From NCBI GenBank assembly GCA_030141605.1, contig JAQGDQ010000342.1, forward strand, positions 189,327 through 253,326: DNA of 64,000 nucleotides. Reading direction: 5' to 3'. The notes beneath the pieces are model-generated. The model did not search any database. It had not been told where the DNA came from and was given only the letters and a program-made list of their open reading frames with translations. How positions within the stretch are numbered: the first letter of the stretch is position 1; the number at the start of each line of letters is the position of its first letter. This document shows positions 55,325-64,000 of the stretch, piece by piece. The stretch is from Tubiluchus corallicola (taxonomy: Eukaryota; Animalia; Priapulida). Position numbers and translations under genes: made by a program.

Positions 55325-57249
55325 GTGAGCACAATGACACAGTCTTGTATTATTCTAAAATAAATAAAAAATGACTAAAATTCGTCAAACCAATGTTTAT
55401 CAGATTTTGGCAGTTTGCTAACTTTATTATAAATTTCGTCGCTGCATGGCACTACGTGTTCAAAATTAAATCCACAGAATACATGATTTCAGTCTCGTCT
55501 CACGACCGCTGCTCTTTATCGTAATTATTGTTATAGGTGAATTACTTGTACGCAGTATCTTGTAGAGGCAATAATTAGCTCTCGTATGCAGAACACTAAT
55601 GAAGATGATGACTGCAGTTAAATGTAAACAGACTTGTCTCATTATGCAGTTGAATTGTTTTCTTGGACTTCTTCTTGCCTTCAATAATTTTAAACTTGTT
55701 ATTTATCCTCAGGTGCTTGGTCTTTTGGTGGTTTTGAGCTCTATGAGCATTGCTTTCGATATGTTATCAATCTAATGTGCTCAGCAGGATTGAGGCATGG
55801 CGAATTTCTGGGCCATTTAGTTTCATTGAAAAAAGCAAACCCATGGACGTTTCATCTGATTTGTGTGTTGTTTGTACAAAAACATGTACTGCAATGGATC
55901 CGACATATTTCCAGGCTTTTATAAAAACACACACTTGCGTTTTTTCTCTAAAATCTCTTCTCAGAAATAAATTCACGTTTAATTATAGTACAATCACTTG
56001 GGGGTACTTCTTAGTAAAGCATGGAAACACACAGCTGTGATTTAGAGCCTGGCCAACTCCTTGGTATAATTCGGTGTTTCCAATATCTTCCACACTCAGT
56101 GTTCTACATCCTGTCATTCTAAAAGCTAGAACAATAAATGGTCCAGAGGAAGTAAAGAAAACATTGCCCGTGGCTTTTTCTTCCCACTGTCACAAACACA
56201 AAATCAAATACTTTTTTCAACCGTTACACCTGACTGATCTTTATCCCTTTTGCAAGTGGTGCTGATAAATCTGATAACTTCTGCTAACACACAGTTTGTG
56301 ATATATTTGAACTGGGCTCCGATCGTCATCATTTCATCTGTGATTTTAGGGTACATGCCAAAGGAGAGCTTTTCATGTGTATCAAAGTCAAGGGTTGTAT
56401 GGTCTTTGTTGTATCCCTTCTTCCACTTATCAATAACCAAATTTTCTCTTTGGCGAACTTAATTTGTTCACGCTCCATTTTCAGGTAAGGAAAATGGCAC
56501 CATTTGTCATGGTCTCACATGCGTACAATTAACCTGCTTCAATCGGTCAACAGCATGACTAGCTTCATTGTCCCAAATTTTAAAAATCACATAGGCAAAC
56601 AAATCTGGAAAATAAAATACAAAAGAAAAAAAAATCAGTAGCATTAATATCAATACTGTACAATACACTGATTAAATTCTCCCTATCCTTAGAAAAGTTT
56701 ATGTTACATGTAGAAGATTGTCCTATTGACATTTTCTGTGAATCCTTCCTTCAGCAAACTAGCAAGTAGCTTAATGTTGTTCATTGTCTTAATTAACTTT
56801 TCCGAGTTTTGATTTCGTTACCATTGAAGTAAAAAGAAAATAATAATACGTATACCGTCTTACATAAATAGACGATTATTATTCATTTTTTTGATAATGT
56901 TTTTTTGCTATTCTGTTTCTGTGTATTTGTTATTAATAATTATAACTATAAATGAATTTTTACTAAGTACGAACGAGGCAAGGCAGAAAAACAAATAAAT
57001 CTCAAACAGGCATGGTATACCAAACTAATCAAAGCCCATTCAGAAGACTGAAACTTGAAGTAAAAGGGTCTTGGTATGATAGTATGTCCTGAATGTAAGT
57101 TAAAAATCCATCGGAAGATGGCAGGTATCAAACAAATTGTTTTCCTGGCGCAGCAACGGTACCGGTTGTATAGAAAGCGTCGAGCCACGCGTCGGCTTTA
57201 TTACTTGAGAAAATAATTACTTAAATTTTAATGCCGTGTCACCTCTGTA

Positions 57250-59571
57250 ATGTATGAACTTAGCATGTATAATTTAATAGTACAATCTCACATAGTTTCT
57301 GAACTTATTTTAATACTTTACACTGTGCAACAAACCTGTGGAGTTGCTGAAGTCATTTATGCTATCAATGCTGGTGGCAATTCTCACGTTGACATTCACG
57401 GGGTGAGATATGAAAAGGATCCTCTACCCGATGGAGGTGTAGGTAGGCAAAGACTTGTTCAGCGATTATAATTGAGGAGACAGAACTAACGCTTCAGTAT
57501 AATCCCATTTTTAATTGTTATTTCATATTATCTTGGATGTATTGTTAGGTATATCTGAATCTAACTCGACTGAGACACATAATAAAATTATATGCATATA
57601 TATGTGATCACCTATCCATTTATTGAATGACATCAGTGATTTCAATAACAATGACTGCTGGTGCTTTCAAAAGTGACTCTTTTGTGCAGTTATTCTTTAA
57701 ATATGAAGCACCCTGCCAGATACCCAACTACTGACTCCTTTTTTTATTGACTGATACAGCATTGCAAGAAGCAAGAAGAATTTAGTTTATGAAGCATTTG
57801 GTCTTTTCAAAACAAAACATAGAATGTGAAGCAAAAACAAAAGATAATTCATTTATTCATTTTCAGTATTTGTTTTCTTCACAATTTTGAAACCTGCAGC
57901 AAAAATTTATGAGTTGAACTTGAAACAAAAGAAACTTGATGTCATTCATTTTTTTACAATGGAACTTTACAACCTTATTATGTAAAACGCATAGTATGTT
58001 TGCCTACTTACTAATGTGTTTTCACAGTGTAAGTCTGTGTCCAAATAACTACACAACTTCATCACCTTAAATTGATTCTTTTTTGTTTGAACCAATTTAA
58101 GTTTTTTATTTTGAAAAGTTTTGCCTTTAATGTCTTTTCTTCCATCAAACTTCACTATTTGATTATTTATAACACTACTATTCTTTTACTTGGAACATGT
58201 ATATATGCATGCAAATATTCAAACTTGGCTAAGATACACTGCTGATTCCATGGCTGTTCCTATATGCATGACCTTGAGCCAGGTTTCAGCCTCATTTTAG
58301 GGTTTCCGGCTTGTAGTAATGTGCTGAATGCTTTGTTTAATACATCTCAATATTGTTTAATAGTCATAATGAAAATGACTCAATATTATGCTGGCGATAC
58401 TACTTGAGATAACTACTTTCAACTATAGTCTGTAGTAAACAATGCACTGTGACCTAAGTTTATCACTTTGAAGTTTGAAGTGCTTCTTGATAATTTATTT
58501 GCTTTGTTTGCAGTTGTCTTACCATAGAGCAAATATCCTGTGTCCTACCCACACTGACTGCAGACAAGTATCCGTGATTCTCTGTTTACTGCGGAAAAAT
58601 ATTTGTGGTAGCTTTTTCCTTGAATGTCCCAATTTGCGCTGCCACCATCTTTTGTATATGATGTACACATTAAATAAATGTGACTACGGCCAAATCACGT
58701 TGAAAACACCGGTTCTCGTCTGATCACCGAAGTTAAGCAACATAGAGCCTGGTTAGTACTTGGATGGGTAACCGCCTAGGAATACCAGGTGCTGTAGGCT
58801 TTCGGGATGCCCACACTGTATCTCGACACTAGGCGGAGGAGCTGCACAAGCAGCCAACGGCTAGAGGGCGGAGGAGGTCAAGTGACCCAAAGGCCATGTG
58901 TAGAGGAGTAAACCTTCCAAATCAGGAGTGGAGCCCCGAAGGCGGACCAGTGCAGCATGCTGACTGATTCCGGCAGCTCATGCAGCCAACCTGATGCCAA
59001 ACGTATCGCTCCGCTTTCCTTTGGACTACACTAGCGAGGAAGAGAGGGGGTTCCTGTTGTCTGGGCAACTCAGGATCTCCATACACCTTGCCCAGGCGTG
59101 CGTCCTGGAGACGTTCCAGGATCGCCCTGCTCAGCCACAGTCGACGCTGCAGCTCCATCAATGTGATCAATAACTGACTCTCTTGGCGCACACTCCATTG
59201 TTTTCGGAGACAGAAGGATGCCAACCAACCAACACATTAAATATAAATAAAGTTAAAACTGGATTAATTTATTGTACATTTATATCAAAGCATTAATCTA
59301 CAGTTCCAAACAATAGGTTGCCATGGTGCTATGTCCATATGCAAAAGGCTTTTTTGGTCGCTAAAGTGATTGTTTGTTTTTTTTAGGAATTTCTTCGGAT
59401 TTTGGAAAGCGTCTAGTCATTCAGCGAGTCGTTCCTCAAGATCAGATACTATATCAAACTGAACGATATCACGATTCAAATTTTCATTATAAAATTCGGA
59501 TACCATCGGATGGCGAATACGTTCTAGTGCTCAAATTTAGTGAAGTTTATTTTACGTCGCCGAACATGAAG
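57250..59571 (+). CDS. MLEC: Malectin, first two coding exons only (57250-57442, 59387-59571)
   Basis: [26 protein letters not shown] and [27 protein letters not shown]...[14 protein letters not shown] are characteristic malectin-domain segments; the phase-1 junction is consistent. The exact start codon is uncertain and the downstream exons were not found in the window. Confidence 0.88.
58682..59232 (+). mobile_element. 5S rRNA-derived SINE, copy 3; 5S head at 58682-58801
   Basis: 5S-like head, shared body, (AACC)n tail, flanking direct repeat ACACATTAAATA. Confidence 0.88.
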
Positions 59572-60266
59572 GTGAGTTGAGCATCTTGAAATCGGACACG
59601 TCTGCTAACTTGGACAGAATTTGTGTTTCAAATTCAAGTAGAAGAGAAACATTGTTACAACAGCTCCACTATCTATGTCAAAAGAAAAATTTCAAGTAAA
59701 TTAATAGTAAATTAAAAATCACTATAATCCATGCCTAGAATTGAATTAACACTAAAAAAATCATTGGCTTGATGTAAGCGGCAATAGTCTCATCAGCAGT
59801 GTTTTTATTATGCTTCAACAGCCAGTATGTTTGCGGTTCCTCTAAATGACCAACCAGCAGCGTACTCCAAAGCTACAAAGCTAATCAGATTGCTCTTACA
59901 CGTTAATTGCTGATGACTGCTTGTGTTGACTCGTTGTTTTGTTTTTAGTTTTTCATCTGCATTTTTGTTCATGCCAGTCGGGTCTTGAAAATCTTCGCTG
60001 GTCACTTCTTCTAGCAGAGGGACACAAATTTTTACTTGAAATGTTTTTTCTGAAAATTTTAAGTGAAAAGAGTGTAGATGTGTTCCTTTATTTATTAACA
60101 AAGATGACAAAACTGTCCCACGTTCTAATAGACTAATACTCATCAAAGTTGCAATGTAGGTAAAAAAATTAATTATTATATGGTGTAATGTTTTTTCCAC
60201 ATGCAGTTTGTCGCTAGATACTGCGACTCTGTTGTGGAGATCGCTGGCATCAAGTAGAATTGGATA

Positions 60267-60360
60267 GAACATCGTAGAATGTTCCGTCAGAATGACCACC
60301 TTACCGTCTGGATTGTTCTGGAACATTTGTTCTGGAAGTTTCTGCAGCGCGCTATATAAG
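60267..60360 (+). promoter_or_regulatory. Heat-shock-element cluster followed by a TATA box
   Basis: GAAcaTCGtaGAAtgTTC (60267-60284), TTCtgGAAcaTTT (60316-60328), perfect TTCtgGAAgtTTC (60330-60342), and TATATAAG at 60353. Confidence 0.55.
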
Positions 60361-61089
60361 GCAAAGCAGGCTGCCGACACGGGGGGTACACACAGAGCAC
60401 ACAAATCTAACACAGACTTGTATTTACTCATTTATTTGTTTACTTAAACGTTTTCCAGATTTTCACGTTTATTGTAATCATTTCAACGTTCCTTCATCTT
60501 TGTGTTGTAGAATTCTTGCTAAATAAAGTAGTTTTATTTTACGGGCATGTTTTCTGGTTTTCTCTACGAGCCTTCCGAGAGAAACAAAACACAACAGACT
60601 CGTACACACGAAAACTCAGCAACGGCAGCGGCAGAGCGTTCAGGTGCATTGTATGTGTGTGTGTAGTAAATGTTATCGTGGCAGTCTCATTATATAAATA
60701 GGCCTGCTACTGTGAAGATAAATATATATTGATTTTTGCAGCAGTACAGCTAGCCTTTCAAACCATACCAATCTGCAGTACTAAAATTTCACTTCGCTGC
60801 GTCACAGTTTAAACTTAAAAGTGTTTCGTTGCTGATTCATTGATTTGTGGTTGGCTTCAAATGACGCTGTTATAGTTATGATAGCAGTTTGCCTTGTCAC
60901 CTAGTCACCGACATGTGCTAATACCATAGGCGCCATTTTTTGAACTCATGGTTAATAGAATGAGTTGCATCAGCTGCATCGAATAATTCCGCATCATTGA
61001 CTAAACAGTTTTTATTCGTATGCTTATAATCAGACTCTTGTATGATCATAGGGCATTTACATTTTTATGTCATGTTTATGCACTTTATG

Positions 61090-61190
61090 TACTATAATAT
61101 AATACAATATAATATAACATAACATGACATGACATGACACGACACGACACGACACGACACGACACGACACAACACAACACAACATAATAT
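61090..61190. repeat. Compound pentanucleotide microsatellite (ATATA/ACATG/ACACG/ACACA)
   Basis: Direct reading. Confidence 0.9.
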
Positions 61191-61505
61191 ATGTGGACAC
61201 AATCGTATTAAAAACGGTTTTGTTTGTAAGCAGGTACCTTTATTACACTCCAGTATGCTATTGCGGCGGTTTTGCTTTGAATCTGTGACCTGCTCATCTG
61301 CTGCGGTTAATGTCGTCGTTTTTGTAAGCTTGCATTTAATTGTTTGCCCGAGAACTTGATAAACAAACTTCTTTTTGAAAAATAAAGAAACTGACTTTGC
61401 CGGAATTTTTGTAACTTTTGATGTGAATGAACAGATTTGTGGGATTTTTTTCATGTTTTTTATTTTGTTTTTTTTAGTAATTTACTTATATAAATTAGTC
61501 TTCTT

Positions 61506-61928
61506 AAATAATTGCATTTAGGAATTTACTCAGTAGTTTGTAGCTAAGATAAAAAGTTAAAAAATAATTGCAAATAGGAATTTATTCAGTAGTTTGTAGC
61601 TAAGATAAAAAGTTAAAAAATAATTGCAAATAGGAATTTATTCAGTAGTTTGTAGCTAAGATAAAAAGTTAAAAAATAATTGCAAATAGGAATTTATTCA
61701 GTAGTTTGTAGCTAAGATAAAAAGTTAAAAAATAATTGCAAATAGGAATTTATTCAGTAGTTTGTAGCTAAGATAAAAAGTTAAAAAATAATTGCAAATA
61801 GGAATTTATTCAGTAGTTTGTAGCTAAGATAAAAAGTTAAAAAATAATTGCAAATAGGAATTTATTCAGTAGTTTGTAGCTAAGATAAAAAGTTAAAAAA
61901 TAATTGCAAATAGGAATTTATTCAGTAG
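61506..61928. repeat. 56-bp AT-rich tandem repeat, ~7.5 copies
   Basis: GGAATTT recurs every 56 bp from 61521 to 61913. Confidence 0.97.
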
Positions 61929-62106
61929 TGGTACTAAAAATTACACTGTACCTTACGAGTAAAAGTTATTCTCCGAGGTCTCATGAGCTCCTGGATTGGA
62001 TAAGATCTACTTTTTGAGACAAAAAGCACTCAAATTTTTATTCATATTAAAGAAGACAAGTTTCAGTATGTTGTAGATATTTTAAATACTGTATACTCTG
62101 TTTCAG

Positions 62107-63373
62107 GAGCTATTTACTCCAAAGCCTGATACTCCAAATGGAGGACTTATAGGTAAGTTATTATGAGTTGCTGAGAGAATCTGTCATTATAGTTTATAGT
62201 GAAATAGAGATATCTGATAAGATTAATGCCTTGAACTTGTTTTCCAACTGTTTATTTCATTGATATTTTCAGTACCAAATGTGGAACTACCAGCTTTATG
62301 TTCTCCTCGTTTCCGTCCTGGTCCTCCTAGTGAACAAGCTCAGGTTACGAGTCAACTGATGTGTGATGTTATACAGAAGTAGGCTTATGATGTTTTGAGT
62401 GGTTTTGTCTTTATTTGTAATTTTATAGTTCTTAATATTAGAAATTTGAAGGTGCAAGTTATATATTTTTGCAGGCAGTTTTGTAAGCTTACAGACAAAA
62501 TTTTGTTTCTTGGAACTTTGTAAATATGCAATTTTCTATTTGATTTGTTTCAATAAACATATGAATTTCATTAAAATAAACCTTTAAATTTTTCAAACAT
62601 TTTTACATAATTCAGTGACTGATTTTGAAGAGTATACTCTTTGCATAGGCCGTGTTTATTAAATATATTTTTTTGACTAAAATAGCTCATATTTTAAATT
62701 TTTGGTATAATTTTGTTCGTGTTGCAGCTCCGGTTGTGTAAATTTAGAGGATTTGTGTGTAATACAAGAGAAGCTGGCTTGGTGTTTATACTGTGACATG
62801 TTGTGTCTTGACTATGATGGCAACATAAATGATGCTTGTCTAGCAGTTCTAATAGCAGCCCTCAGATCAAGTAAGACTGTAATAGCTAGGTACTATGTTT
62901 TGAATAAGATATTATTTTTATTATTGTTGTTGTTGTTGTTGTTGTTTATTTATCTAACATTTATCATTGACTGAGAAAATAAATGACAAACATTTATTAC
63001 GATTAAAAAAATTATCATTGACCATGGTAGCAGAGTAGTGAAGATTTTGCTGTATTTTGAAATTCAAATGGATATGGTGGAATTTGTAAATTATAATTTC
63101 TGTCATTGTTGAACCAGAGCAGTGATATTGTAGGAATTTAGACATGTATATAATAAATTCTTTGTGTGTTTATATTTTAGCTGTGTTTAGTTATGAATTT
63201 TATTATGGTTTTTTGTGTTTCAGTATCAAAAATCAGTCTTAATTGTTTTTAGCTAAGCTACCAATGGTTTTAATTGATGATGAAACGGAAGAGATTTCTG
63301 TTTATTCTGACAAACGGAAAAGTTTGTCCCTCCGTAACTTTCCAGTTGCAGCATCTTTTTCTGTGTTTGACAA
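62107..63373 (+). CDS. EXOSC8: Exosome complex component RRP43, internal exons 62107-62152, 62273-62378, 62728-62870, 63253-63373 (continues beyond the window)
   Basis: [56 protein letters not shown]...AALR, KLPMV...[11 protein letters not shown]; GT-AG boundaries and consistent phases. The N-terminal exons were not found. Confidence 0.9.
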
Positions 63374-64000
63374 GTAAGTCCATCTGCATATCACTCAACT
63401 TAAATGAATAATAGACATTTTTTGTACTATTGTAAGTGAGTCTTTTTAAGGAATTCATTAAAACAAGTGCTATATTCATTGTCACGGAAAATAAACATCC
63501 AATTATTAAGTTTGTTTAAACACATATGTTTAGCTCCATATAACATCTTTTAGCCTAAATTTGCTTGCGTGTATACTAAGCGCACTGCCTTGACTTCTAT
63601 TCTAGCTAGTCTACTGTGATTGTGAGACAGATATCATTTTAGGCTGCTAAAATGTATGTAAATTTTAAAGCCCTTTTTGCAGTGTAATAAAGCATTTACA
63701 TCGGTGATTTCTATAGCTGTTCATTTGTATCATTTCTGGATAATGGTTAAGTGTTATGGATCTGCCTGGTATTTTTAGGTAGAATCGTTGTATAGCACCT
63801 AATTGTAATTGTGTATTATGACTCGTAGAAGCATGTATCATTGATTTTGCTATGATGTGTTTTATCTCTCATAGGTAGGATTTACAGTGCAGAAGATCAA
63901 CAATTAGTATCTTGTTGCAAAATTTTCGTTATTCATTTCCTGCATTGAGGCTTAAATATTACGTGTAAATTTTCATTTTAATCATAGAATGTCACTTGTA

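Noticed and set aside
59808-60431. 207-aa minus-strand ORF
   Set aside because: No recognisable domain or typical protein composition, and it overlaps promoter-like motifs on the other strand. Likely a chance ORF, though not formally excluded.

Overview
AT-rich eukaryotic genomic DNA from an invertebrate (probably a protostome, given the ionotropic receptor gene), with spliceosomal GT-AG introns. Genes readable from the sequence, in order: a divergent forkhead-box gene (-); intronless ABCF2 (+); a 13-coding-exon HPD (4-hydroxyphenylpyruvate dioxygenase) gene over ~29 kb (+) with an intronless ionotropic receptor gene nested antisense in its last intron; a 6-exon phosphatidylinositol synthase CDIPT/PIS (-); the first two exons of malectin (+); and four internal exons of EXOSC8/RRP43 (+) that run off the window. 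Introns and intergenic DNA contain three TSD-flanked copies of a full-length-5S-rRNA-headed SINE, several MITE families, LINE 3' fragments, solo LTRs, decayed Gypsy and BEL/Pao elements, and many minisatellites. The most unusual region is 59.6-62.1 kb. Malectin's remaining exons and EXOSC8's first exons are both missing there, and the gap holds a heat-shock-element plus TATA promoter with no heat-shock protein ORF downstream. All calls come from manual reading; no database searches were run.
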